IMG/VR virus record: IMGVR_UViG_3300031998_000080
Location: 832-64,831 of that record
Source: a virus
Lineage: Duplodnaviria > Caudoviricetes
Direction: 5' to 3' (one strand)
DNA: 64,000 bases
Shown here: positions 15,246 to 24,641 of the stretch, one piece after another
Position numbering within the stretch: position 1 is the stretch's first letter
How the letters are laid out: each line of letters starts with the position of its first letter
Translations under genes and position numbers: made by a program
Notes under the pieces: model-generated
Seen by the model: only the letters and a program-made list of their open reading frames with translations
Told to the model about the DNA's origin: nothing
Databases searched by the model: none

Positions 15246-16217
15246 TCAGTCGAAGAATCCTGCGAACAAGTCCATTTGCTCTACGGACTTGGCTTGCTCT
15301 CGGCTACCCTTCTTCCCCTCTTTCTCATAGTTCTCCAAGTTAGGTCTTTCCATAGGGACAAACCCTGCGAGAAGGTTGTCCTTCTTTTTCTCCTTCTTGA
15401 CCTTCTTCCCTTCCTCGCTCTTGACCTTTGCCGTGATTGCTTTGGAAATGTCATGCACATTGTCCTTCGGCTTTGGCGGTTGCGGTTTCTCCTTCTTCGG
15501 CTTCGCAGGGGTGCTGGGTGTCTTTGCGACCTTCGCAACCGCACCCGTTACCTTGCGGATTTCGATGAACTCCTCATCGTAGTAGTGGCGAATCAGCGTG
15601 AACATTTCCTCATCGGGGAAGCCGGACAGTCCGAAATTTCCCTGCTGATGCGTCCGTGCGTATTCGTATGCTTCGCCCATAATGTAGTCCGCACACTCTT
15701 GAAGGGATTTCGGCTTCTCGGCTCGGCTCTCCCGTTCCTTTACCACATTGGCAAAGATTTCATCTTCGGCAATCAGTTTCTCATAGAACGGCTTGATTGC
15801 GATGACAAGCGGATTGAACGAGAATCCCTCGGGCAGATTCGGCTTGTAGGTGTCCTTCTTCTCCTTCGGCTTGTCCTTCCCGTCCTTCTTGTCCTCGGTC
15901 TTTTCCTCGGTTTCTTCCTCGGAATCGGTGGATTCCCCGTCAGTTTCCTCGCTGAGAATCTCGTTTTCGGCATCAGCCGTGTCCTCGGCTACGGATTCCT
16001 CGTTCTCGGCAGGGGATTCCTCGGTCTTTTCCTTCCCGATAGCGGAAAGTCCTTTCGACAGGCACTCGGCTACGGCATCTGCGTTGTTGTCGCAGTCGAA
16101 GAACTTGGCGAGGTCTGCGATAGAATCCTCGCCCCAAAGAGCCATAAGCGGAACAATCTCGCTTGTGGGTTTACCCTTGCAGACCGCAAGGATAGTGTAG
16201 ATTTGCTCGGTTTTCAT
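15246..16217 (-). CDS. PcfK-like protein with acidic linker
   Basis: KSLQECADYIMGEA...EEMFTLIRHYYDE and QMDLF tail; upstream of the PcfJ-like gene. Confidence 0.8.
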   Translation of the reverse strand: MKTEQIYTILAVCKGKPTSEIVPLMALWGEDSIADLAKFFDCDNNADAVAECLSKGLSAIGKEKTEESPAENEESVAEDTADAENEILSEETDGESTDSEEETEEKTEDKKDGKDKPKEKKDTYKPNLPEGFSFNPLVIAIKPFYEKLIAEDEIFANVVKERESRAEKPKSLQECADYIMGEAYEYARTHQQGNFGLSGFPDEEMFTLIRHYYDEEFIEIRKVTGAVAKVAKTPSTPAKPKKEKPQPPKPKDNVHDISKAITAKVKSEEGKKVKKEKKKDNLLAGFVPMERPNLENYEKEGKKGSREQAKSVEQMDLFAGFFD

Positions 16218-16274
16218 AAGGCATATTGTATTGGTTTGTATTGGCGAGTAGGGGGAACAATCAAGTCCCCCTAC
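16218..16274 (-). promoter_or_regulatory. Hairpin-CCAAT leader module (loop class TTGAnTG)
   Basis: GTAGGGGGA-CTTGATTGT-TCCCCCTAC, then CCAAT. Confidence 0.7.
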
Positions 16275-16292
16275 CCATAGGGAATCTGCGGA

Positions 16293-16766
16293 TTATCCGT
16301 AAATCAGTTCCCCGAAGAGGATAATTTGCATCAGTGCCTCGGCTTGCGGATTGTCCATTTCTCCGTGATTGTTATGAAAGTTGCGGTAGCACTCGGAAAT
16401 ATAGGCGAGGTCATTTTCCCCGTAGTGGTCATCGGAACGCTTGAAAGTCCCGTCAGCACACTTTTGTAACCCGTCCTTAATGTCTTGCAGGGTAACGAGG
16501 TATTCGGTGTGCCCGTCCTCATCAAATTCGTGTTCCAGAGTCCCGTAGACCTCGCCCTCATCAGCGTTGTAGTCGGTGCAGGTAAGCATCTTCCCTGCGA
16601 GTAGTGCTTTCGCCCATATATCTTCCATGCAGTCGGTTTCCTCAATCTTGAATCCCGTTCGGTTGGAAGCGAATACAGAGAGCCAATTAGAGCCGTAGGT
16701 GGCGGTGCACAACAAGTCCACAAGGTCCTCTTGTGTCAGTTCTTCAATGATAGTCTTTGTTTTCAT
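16293..16766 (-). CDS. Hypothetical early protein
   Basis: 157-aa ORF ending ...ALMQIILFGELIYG. Confidence 0.8.
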   Translation of the reverse strand: MKTKTIIEELTQEDLVDLLCTATYGSNWLSVFASNRTGFKIEETDCMEDIWAKALLAGKMLTCTDYNADEGEVYGTLEHEFDEDGHTEYLVTLQDIKDGLQKCADGTFKRSDDHYGENDLAYISECYRNFHNNHGEMDNPQAEALMQIILFGELIYG

Positions 16767-16778
16767 AATGGTAGGTGT

Positions 16779-17024
16779 TTATGCAGGTAAATCTTCAGTT
16801 TCAGATACCACCGACCTGGGGTGCAGTTCCAAATCGGCTTTGTTCAGAATCTCGTTGTAGAACTTGATGCAGTTACTCGCCTTCTCGCTCGTTATGCCCA
16901 ATTCCCAACGAATGTGGAACAACCCCTGCGGAATCAGCGAGGGGTGTCGCATCTTGATAAACTCGGCTTTGTCAGCCAAGACTTGCAGATAGTTTATCTG
17001 CTTGGTTGTCGCTAAAAGAGCCAT
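16779..17024 (-). CDS. Hypothetical early protein
   Basis: ATTKQINYL motif. Confidence 0.7.
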   Translation of the reverse strand: MALLATTKQINYLQVLADKAEFIKMRHPSLIPQGLFHIRWELGITSEKASNCIKFYNEILNKADLELHPRSVVSETEDLPA

Positions 17025-17083
17025 AATGTGTAGGTATTAAGTGTGTGTATTGGCAGACGGGTAAGGGGTCAGCCTATCCCGTC
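17025..17083 (-). promoter_or_regulatory. Hairpin-CCAAT leader module (loop class CTGACC)
   Basis: GACGGGATAGG-CTGACC-CCTTACCCGTC, then CCAAT. Confidence 0.7.
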
Positions 17084-17100
17084 CGTGATTGCTGATTAGG

Positions 17101-17373
17101 TCAGCAAGTCCAATCGGCAGGGGAAAACACTTGCTCGGTGTCTATATCCTCTCTATCGTAGTCTATCCCGTTGTCCTCGCAGAAATCCTTAATGCAGTCC
17201 GTCATTTCATCATAGAGCGAACTGTCCGCAGTGTGAAGGTCGCATCGTTCAAGGTCTATCCGTGTGAGTGCAAGTCCTTCCCGTTCGTTGAAATAGGGAA
17301 TCATAACCGCACAATAGTTGTAAAGTTCTTCCCGTAGTGTCGCAGTCATATCGAATGGTGTTTTAGAGTTCAA
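17101..17373 (-). CDS. Hypothetical early protein
   Basis: ORF track, operon context. Confidence 0.7.
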   Translation of the reverse strand: MNSKTPFDMTATLREELYNYCAVMIPYFNEREGLALTRIDLERCDLHTADSSLYDEMTDCIKDFCEDNGIDYDREDIDTEQVFSPADWTC

Positions 17374-17548
17374 AACCTATAATCTCGCAGGGTCGGCTAT
17401 CCTCTGCCGTGCTCATCGCAAGAATGTAATACACATTGACAAGGGTGCTTTCAAGTTGTTCCCTCGGAATCCCTTTCAGTCCGTTCGGATTCTCAATCCG
17501 TTCAATCTCGCTTATCGCTTTGCGGATTGCGTCATCTTTCCTATCCAT
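17363..17548 (-). CDS. Hypothetical early protein
   Basis: ORF track, operon context. Confidence 0.65.
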   Translation of the reverse strand: MDRKDDAIRKAISEIERIENPNGLKGIPREQLESTLVNVYYILAMSTAEDSRPCEIIGFEL

Positions 17549-17549
17549 A

Positions 17550-17762
17550 TCAAAACTCGCTTTGAAAAGGAATGTCGGTCAGCAGAACGATATCCTTCGG
17601 GTTTTTGATTGTTACCTTCCAAATGGGAATCAGTTCCGCTTCGTAGAACTGGGACTTGTCCTTGCAGGAGAAGGGGTATTTGTTCCCCACATTGAAAGAT
17701 AGGGTGTCTATCTGTTCATCAGTGAGGTAAAGGGTTATCGGGGTGGGTTTCTTCTGTTTCAT
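17550..17762 (-). CDS. Hypothetical early protein
   Basis: ORF track, operon context. Confidence 0.65.
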   Translation of the reverse strand: MKQKKPTPITLYLTDEQIDTLSFNVGNKYPFSCKDKSQFYEAELIPIWKVTIKNPKDIVLLTDIPFQSEF

Positions 17763-17774
17763 AATCGTATCGGT

Positions 17775-18056
17775 TTATTGTTCTTGGTCAAGGGTGTGTG
17801 CGGTAGTGAAAACCCACGCAATTTTACGCACCCCGTTCGTGTATTCCCGAATCTCATACTCGCCACCAAGTTTAGCAGTTTGGTTGTAACCGAGCCGAAA
17901 TCCGTTACTCAGCGTTCCGTCCTTTTCCCAATCACGGACAGACTTAACATAGAACAATCTTGCTTTGTCATAGTCCGTGAAATACCAACTCCATTGGTTG
18001 TTGTAGCCTTCATTCTCGTTCTTTGAGAATCTTTGATGAATGATAAAGAGTTTCAT
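17775..18056 (-). CDS. Hypothetical early protein
   Basis: ORF track, operon context. Confidence 0.7.
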   Translation of the reverse strand: MKLFIIHQRFSKNENEGYNNQWSWYFTDYDKARLFYVKSVRDWEKDGTLSNGFRLGYNQTAKLGGEYEIREYTNGVRKIAWVFTTAHTLDQEQ

Positions 18057-18158
18057 ATCCGTATCGGTTTTTAGTTCTCGTTTTCGGTACAGATCCAGTC
18101 CAAAATGGCTGAAAAAATGATTGCAGGAATGATAAAGTAGAGCATAGCGGAAAAGGTG

Positions 18159-18392
18159 TTAATATGATTCACAGATGCAGTCCATAACCATACAAGGTTT
18201 CCCGAAAGCGGGAACGCTTGTAAAGTATTCGTGATAGTCGGTGGGACTGATTACGATAAGCCGATTCTTTGCGTACCAATCGGCAATAATGTCAATGTCC
18301 GCATCGGTTATGCCCGTCCAATCATCGTTGATTAACGCACAGAGGGCATAGGTGGGTATTTTTTCGATAGTCCGTTCCATAGCGTTACGCAA
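18159..18392 (-). CDS. Hypothetical early protein
   Basis: IPTYALCALINDDWTGITDAD motif. Confidence 0.7.
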   Translation of the reverse strand: MRNAMERTIEKIPTYALCALINDDWTGITDADIDIIADWYAKNRLIVISPTDYHEYFTSVPAFGKPCMVMDCICESY

Positions 18393-18546
18393 CTTGTCTT
18401 GGTACTGCGATTCTGAACTCCTGCGAAGGGTTGCAGGAATGACGGAGTATCATTTCGCTTTCCGCATCATCTTGCGTGGCGAAACTCCCGTACAAGTGCC
18501 ATTTCTTTTCCTCGGGGCACTTTCCGATTAGCCAAAAATCTTTCAT
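18385..18546 (-). CDS. Small early protein (MKDFWLIGK...)
   Basis: Start chosen at the ATG following the leader module. Confidence 0.65.
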   Translation of the reverse strand: MKDFWLIGKCPEEKKWHLYGSFATQDDAESEMILRHSCNPSQEFRIAVPRQVA

Positions 18547-18603
18547 AATGCGTAGTGTTTTAGTTGTTGATTGGGTAGCGGATAGGGGGTCAGCCCACAC
18601 CGC
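18547..18603 (-). promoter_or_regulatory. Hairpin-CCAAT leader module (loop class CTGACC)
   Basis: GCGGTGTGGG-CTGACC-CCCTATCCGC, then CCAAT. Confidence 0.65.
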
Positions 18604-18615
18604 CACAAAAAGGGG

Positions 18616-18924
18616 TTATCGCACATTTGCGGTAACCTCTAAATAGTGCGTGCGATTCAGTTCCGCACATTCCAAACTATCGAAGAACGATTTGTTAGGA
18701 ACGTATTTCCGTTCGGCTTTGCAAATGAATCGCTTTGCGGTTTCAAGGCACCAAACGGGTTGAAGGTGCTCATTCCCGTAGACAAGGGAAAAATGGCTCT
18801 CGTTGTTGTCCTGCTTTTCGTAGTTCCTTTCCGCTATTGCGAAAAGTCCCGACCAATCGGTAGTGAAATAATAGTGGCTACCCGTAAATAGAACATTCAT
18901 GTTCTTTGTCTTGTAGATTTCCAT
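18616..18924 (-). CDS. Hypothetical early protein
   Basis: ORF track. Confidence 0.7.
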   Translation of the reverse strand: MEIYKTKNMNVLFTGSHYYFTTDWSGLFAIAERNYEKQDNNESHFSLVYGNEHLQPVWCLETAKRFICKAERKYVPNKSFFDSLECAELNRTHYLEVTANVR

Positions 18925-18938
18925 AACGCAGTAGGTTT

Positions 18939-19190
18939 TTATTTATCCCAACAAGTGAAACTTTTTGCAGGTCGGAAGGTGCAAGTGTAACGGGAGGGAG
19001 TGAAATACGGCTTGTCATAAGACCAATTCACATTCTTGTAGGAAGAATCGTTCCCGAATCCGTTTAGCATCTTGTCCGCCTCCGTCCAATTCTCACAGAC
19101 AGCGACTTGTTTGTGAATCTTTCCTTCGGCTTTTCCCCAACCCGAAAGAAATTTGTCGGTTGCCCAAACATAAATGGTTTCTTTTTCCAT
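18939..19190 (-). CDS. First gene of the early operon, hypothetical
   Basis: YVWATDKFLSGWGKAEG motif. Confidence 0.75.
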   Translation of the reverse strand: MEKETIYVWATDKFLSGWGKAEGKIHKQVAVCENWTEADKMLNGFGNDSSYKNVNWSYDKPYFTPSRYTCTFRPAKSFTCWDK

Positions 19191-19251
19191 AACTGATAGG
19201 TATTAAGTGTTAAACATTGGAACAGAGCAGGGGAACATTCAACCCCTGCCC
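19191..19251 (-). promoter_or_regulatory. Hairpin-CCAAT leader module (loop class TTGAnTG)
   Basis: GGGCAGGGG-TTGAATGTT-CCCCTGCTC (one G-U pair on the coding strand), then CCAAT. Confidence 0.7.
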
Positions 19252-19487
19252 CATTTAAAAGTACATTGGGAGTGGTACATTCTCTTTCGCATCTAAAATT
19301 ATTGTCCGTCCCGTATCGTGGGGGTATTCACTTACAACTTGTCAATGTGCTTCGGAGGTGTCGCAAACTTGTTGCCCCGTTGTTTCCTCTTTCGCCAACT
19401 CCCTTTAATGAAAGGGGTGCTTTGTCCGTCCGAGTTCGGAATGCGTGTGAGAGGTCAAACCTTCACGCTGGGTGAACTCTTCAAGGG

Positions 19488-19519
19488 CAAAGGTATAACG
19501 TTTATTTTTAATATGCAAG
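19488..19519 (-). promoter_or_regulatory. Early-operon promoter
   Basis: TACCTTTG -7 box; imperfect CTTG -33 box at 20 bp spacing. Confidence 0.6.
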
Positions 19520-21578
19520 CATTTTAATCAAATATTTTTGGGAAATTTTTTCACATTTTTTGGAAAACGGCATTACAACGCACTGCAACGCAGATTTTAA
19601 CCCCTAAAAAAATTTCTTTAATAAGGGTATTTTTTACGGAAATAGGCAGGAATCAGAACAAATTAACCCAAAATCTGTGAATGTGCCAAAACAAAGCACA
19701 AGCACAAATCCACAGAGGAATCGGCAAACAAAACAACACCGAATAACCTATCAAATGAATGTACTAACACACCAACACACAAAGCGAATAACAACTTTCT
19801 CTCCCCTTTCTTTCTTTTGGTATTTTCTTTCTTTTGCCCTCTCTTTGCGTAGATGAATAGATATTTCCTTATTGCCCTTAAAATTCGTTTGGATATTATC
19901 TTTCATCTCTATTCAATGAGAATAAGTCCTGCAATACGCACATACATACGCATACGCATATACACGATATGCACGCACGCATTATGCACACAATCCCGAC
20001 AAATCAATCAACCCATTATCCATACAACTCAATCAAAAAAAAGGGAAAGCAAACCGAATCCAAACAGCACTAATCAAGCGTAAACTATTGGGAATCAATG
20101 GGGATTCGATACTCCAACAAAAATGTTGGGGTTTCGCCCTCGCACGGGGAATGGCAAATCTAATGTCCAATTTTCCATATCAAGAACGGAAAATCAAGAA
20201 TAAAAAGGGGAAAATAGTACACTGAACTACTGAAAGTATGCTCTTTGAGAATACGAAAATGTTTATTTGACTGCGTTGTATTGGTGTTTTTGTGTATGTT
20301 CGACAAACATTTTGCAAGCGTTCAGGGAAAAATGGTGTGGGAGTACGGGAGAATTGGAAGGTGTACGCATGGGGGAACACAGGGGTATGGGCAAGGCGAA
20401 AAGGAACTCCATATCCGGGGAGTCGGATAGTATCAAGCGCTAAATATGGACCTTTTTCAGTTTTTAGTTCCTGCTTTGTTTTTGTTTTGCTTTGTGATGA
20501 TGTTTCATCGAGCTGTCTGGTGCTGTCGTTTGTTTTGGATCGTGGAGTGTTTGGGTGTGTTGTTTGTTCCAGGATGGGTGGGGGTAGGCATGTTTTTCCT
20601 TGAGTTTCGGTGTTAGAACTGTACCCGGGGAATCTGGATATCACAGACGATGATTCGGGGGTGCGGTTTCACATGGTGTGAAGATTTGTTCGCTTTGGGG
20701 TCTGGTTTTGGCTGTGGCGTGATTTCTTTTGGAAGATGATAGATTTATCATTTCGGAGGATTGGAGTGATTGTAGGGGATTTGTGGAGGCTTGGTGTGTG
20801 AAAGAAAAACCCTCCGTACCTTCTCGGCAGGGAGGGAAACCACCAATAGTTTGGCTAAAACCTTTGAAATGAAGAAATGCGTTGTGTTGTTGGGGGGAGT
20901 TTGCTGTCCCCATGAATAGCGAAATGTGTTCCCCCGGATGCAAAGATAGTGAAAAAAGTTCACTTGGGGTGAAAAAGATTGTGTTTGCTTATTGGTCGGT
21001 AATTTCTTTGTAACGGATTGGGTTAGAGGATTTTACGAGGGGAAACGGGGCGAAAAGTAGGGCACAAATTGCGGTTGGATAGTTCTCTGGGTGTGAATAT
21101 TCTGGAAATTTTGTGGTATGTTTGTCATGTCGGAGTGGTGGCCGGCGCACAGTTTGGAAAGTTATGCCCCAGTATGGGGTGTTAGTACGCGCCTGTTCGT
21201 TGTCCGCCACATTAGACGAACAGGCGGTATTTTTTTGTCCGCCTGGAAATACGCCTGAGAAGCGGGAGGTCTTTCCACGGTTCCCTTCCCGAAAAAGAAA
21301 GAACGTCGTGAGTCCCGATCCGTGGCGCGGAACGGGGCCGCAGGAAATTAAAAGCAGTGCGGGCAACGAGCGACTCTCGACCCGCGACCTCATGACGCCT
21401 GCGGTTGCGCTACGGGGAGCCTTGAGAGGGGAGGATTGAGACACGGGGCAGACCGCCCGCCCCGACAACGTCTCTCTGGACGTAAGGGTTTTTCAGGATG
21501 CTTTCTTGGATGGAAAGAGAATATCCGCTTGTTCCGAAGGGTTCGGGTTATGAGGGATATAGAGGGGGCGGAGTGTGC
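19520..21578. other. About 2-kb non-coding region with a sharp strand-skew switch near 20250
   Basis: Left part A/C-rich and right part G/T-rich on the plus strand; no convincing ORFs. Confidence 0.7.
21190..21236 (+). terminator. Terminator-like hairpin
   Basis: CGCCTGTTCGT/ACGAACAGGCG stem followed by GTATTTTTTT. Confidence 0.55.
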
Positions 21579-21917
21579 TTATTTCTCCATGTGTTCAATC
21601 TTCACGCTGACGTACTCGAATCCTTTGGGCACGATGACCTTTCGGATGTGCGCCTCGTAGATTTCCTTGTCGTTGAATCCGTACTTGCGTTGGAGGATGT
21701 CCCCGAGCGGCTTGCAGGGGTTGTCGAAGTCCGCCTGGGAGTTGGAGAATCCGAACTCGTAGTACATGCGGTAGGGAGGGTCGGGTAGCCGTCCGGCGGG
21801 GAGGCGCACCAGCATTTCGGTCTGGTACGCCTTGTAAGCGTCGGACTTGTACCGCTTCCCCTTCCACGCGTCGTTCACGGAGAGGGGCTTTATGCGTATG
21901 CGGATTTCGTCTATCAT
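21579..21917 (-). CDS. rusA: RusA-like Holliday junction resolvase
   Basis: PLSVNDAW and DFDNPCKPLGDILQ (DxDNxxKxxxD) motifs. Confidence 0.8.
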   Translation of the reverse strand: MIDEIRIRIKPLSVNDAWKGKRYKSDAYKAYQTEMLVRLPAGRLPDPPYRMYYEFGFSNSQADFDNPCKPLGDILQRKYGFNDKEIYEAHIRKVIVPKGFEYVSVKIEHMEK

Positions 21918-21921
21918 CGGG

Positions 21922-24639
21922 CTATCCGAGCCTGCGCACCACGGCGTCATAGTCCACCACGAATGGTCCGACGTCCGTCTGGAAGTCGCCGGCCGAGGGG
22001 ACCTGCCCGGTGAGGCAGATGGTGTAGTAGCGCCACGACCTCGCCGCCGTCGGTGTGCGGAGTTGGGAGATGTAGAGCGGCACGTCCTGGATATTGTCCC
22101 CGCTGCCCGTCGTGCTTCCGCTTCTCTTCGCGTAGGCGAGCAGGGTCCAGTTCTGGAGGTCGTCGCTTCCGTAGAGGTGGAGGACGGCGACGTCCCCTTC
22201 CGTACCCGAGAGTTGGGCGCGTATCATGGAAATCGCCCTGTGGATATGCGCGTACTGATACCCCATGGAGAACGGACGGGTTTGCAGGTGGATTTTAACC
22301 GAGCCGTAGGTCGATTCCGTCTCGAGGTTCAGCACGTCCACGTACCCCGAGGTGGTCCCGGGTCTGGAGACGATGACGCTCGCCGGCTCGTCCTGCCAGA
22401 GACGCTGGCTCACCTTGAACCACTGGCGGTACTTGAGGGAGAGGACGTAGGTGTAGTCGTAGGACGGGTTGGAGACGAACACCTCCTGACGGAAGCGGTT
22501 GTAGGAGAGCCTGCCGCTTCCCGCGAAGGTCTCGAAGTCCACGGCCGAGACGTAGGACGACATGTCCACGAGGCCCGAGCTCCCCGCTATCTTCGTGTAC
22601 GCCCCGACACTGCTGACCGTGGGCCCCGCCGAGCGGACGTACTTGTGCGGCCCCGCCATGAGCGCGTCGCTGACGAGGGTGACGCGGTGTCCGGCGCAGA
22701 GGTAGAGGGCGCCGCCGGAGAGGAAGAAGATTCCCATTTCCGTCGGGACGGCGCGTCCGAAGGCCACCATCGGGTCGATGGGGTCGAACCATGCGTAGAG
22801 TATGTCCCCGCTTCCCTGAATCAGGGCGTAGATGCCGCGCTCGGTGAACACGTCCAAAGGCTCCCGTCCGTAGGTGGCGTCCGTCACCACGAAGTTCTGG
22901 GGCACGAGGTCGGTGATGCGCCCCGGGGCGAGGTAGGAGTGCTCGACGCGGAACACGAAGGGATTGTACTGCTCTGTGACGTTTATCGCCGCCTGCTCTT
23001 CGGTGGTGAACTTGTTTCCGTTGGATATTGCGTCCTCGTACTCGGTTATCGTCCCCGATCCCGTCTCGGGCGTATTGTAGTAACCGTCCGTGCAGATGCT
23101 GATGTTGTAGGTCTTTGACTCCTTCATCCTGAATCTGTACACGACGTATGTCCCCGTTATCTTTCGGTAGACGATGACCTCCTTGATATTGTAGGACGGC
23201 GCTATGACCACGTCGGAGTCCGTCTTGAACTTGCCGGTCATATCCCCGCCGTAGACAAGCCTCGTCTTGTTGTCGTCCGAGTACATGTAGATGGCGTAGA
23301 TTGCGCCCGTCGTCGCGGTCCCCTGATAGAGGAAGAACGGCTGTCCGACCTCGGTCTCGGCGACGGAGTCGTAGTAGTGGAAACGGGAGTTGTAGGAGAG
23401 TACGTGCCCGTACCGCTCGACTGCGCCGGCGTCCACCCTCAGCGTCTCGTTCGTGGTCTGTATGTTACCGCCGAATGTCAGTTTGACGGGATATGTCTCG
23501 TTCGTCCCGAGTTCGGCGAGGGCGTCCATAGGGACGGACGCCTGGTGGTAGAACAGGCAGTTCTCGAAGTTCATGTTCTCGTACTTCGACTGCGGAAGCA
23601 TGAGCTGGTACTCGACCGGGTTGCCGTAGGCGATGAGGCCGTCGTACGCACCAGTGGCGTCCACTGAGAGGAACGGCCTCGAGGAGTAGATTTCGACACT
23701 CTTGATTACCGAGGTCTCCTTGTTCCAGTAGTTCGCGTCTGTGGCGTCGTCGCTCAGGGCGCCGAGGGACACGGTTACCTCGGTCCCGTAGCCCACCACG
23801 TTGTCGAGGACGTTGCCGTATGTGTACCCGGACTCGTACCCGTACCCGTACTTGTTGAAGAAGTCCGCCCATTCGGGGCTCGGCTGGGTGGTCGCGTCCC
23901 GGTACGGGGTGTTCGACGCGGAATTGATTGTGCCGATTGGGTCGTACATGAGCCATTTCTTTGTCCAGAACGTGTTGCCGTCCCTCGTCTTGAAGGCTAT
24001 GGCTATGATGATGGGACCCATGCAGAGGTTGGGCTTGAGTTCCTGAATCGCGTTCAGCCCGTTCTCCACGGCGCTGATGACGTCGGCGGCGTTAGAGGTG
24101 TTCGAGAGGTGTGGTATCTCCTGCCATACGCCGACCATTCCGTCGTCGCTGACTCCGACGCTTATCTCCGGAACGTTCGCCTCGGTCACGTCGTACTCGG
24201 AGCCGTCCCATGTGAAGGTCCAGTTTCCGTAGATGTTGTCGGTCTTGTCGCAGACACTGAACAGCGCTATGTTGCCGGCCGACGCGAAGGATAGACCGGC
24301 GATGATCCGTTGCGCCATGGCCTCCTTCGCCGAAGCCGAGCTTCCCGTAACGGAAATTGACAGCAGTTCCTGGTCGGTGGGTCTCGCCGCCTCGTCTACC
24401 CTGTACACCTTGACCGAACTCGACGTGTGCTTGACGCAGATGTAGACATCCCGTCCTATCGCATGGTGTATGAACACCTTGTCGTAACCCCTGTTCAGGA
24501 ATTTAGCGTAGAAGTCCCTCACCGGCATCAGCCCGTCGGAGGTCGGGCGCAGGTTAATGAGTTCCTCGCAGGCCCTCGAGCCCGCGTAGTCTGTTATCGA
24601 GCGGTTGATTCCGCTGTATGAGAGGTGTTCCGCCGCCAT
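21922..24639 (-). CDS. Tail/stabilisation (nozzle-like) virion protein
   Basis: 905 aa, beta-rich, size and context typical of podoviral tail proteins. Confidence 0.55.
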   Translation of the reverse strand: MAAEHLSYSGINRSITDYAGSRACEELINLRPTSDGLMPVRDFYAKFLNRGYDKVFIHHAIGRDVYICVKHTSSSVKVYRVDEAARPTDQELLSISVTGSSASAKEAMAQRIIAGLSFASAGNIALFSVCDKTDNIYGNWTFTWDGSEYDVTEANVPEISVGVSDDGMVGVWQEIPHLSNTSNAADVISAVENGLNAIQELKPNLCMGPIIIAIAFKTRDGNTFWTKKWLMYDPIGTINSASNTPYRDATTQPSPEWADFFNKYGYGYESGYTYGNVLDNVVGYGTEVTVSLGALSDDATDANYWNKETSVIKSVEIYSSRPFLSVDATGAYDGLIAYGNPVEYQLMLPQSKYENMNFENCLFYHQASVPMDALAELGTNETYPVKLTFGGNIQTTNETLRVDAGAVERYGHVLSYNSRFHYYDSVAETEVGQPFFLYQGTATTGAIYAIYMYSDDNKTRLVYGGDMTGKFKTDSDVVIAPSYNIKEVIVYRKITGTYVVYRFRMKESKTYNISICTDGYYNTPETGSGTITEYEDAISNGNKFTTEEQAAINVTEQYNPFVFRVEHSYLAPGRITDLVPQNFVVTDATYGREPLDVFTERGIYALIQGSGDILYAWFDPIDPMVAFGRAVPTEMGIFFLSGGALYLCAGHRVTLVSDALMAGPHKYVRSAGPTVSSVGAYTKIAGSSGLVDMSSYVSAVDFETFAGSGRLSYNRFRQEVFVSNPSYDYTYVLSLKYRQWFKVSQRLWQDEPASVIVSRPGTTSGYVDVLNLETESTYGSVKIHLQTRPFSMGYQYAHIHRAISMIRAQLSGTEGDVAVLHLYGSDDLQNWTLLAYAKRSGSTTGSGDNIQDVPLYISQLRTPTAARSWRYYTICLTGQVPSAGDFQTDVGPFVVDYDAVVRRLG

Positions 24640-24641
24640 GA

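Noticed and set aside
19853-21468. ORFs listed in the track within the skewed non-coding region
   Set aside because: Low-complexity, compositionally driven translations with no coupling to neighbours or recognisable motifs
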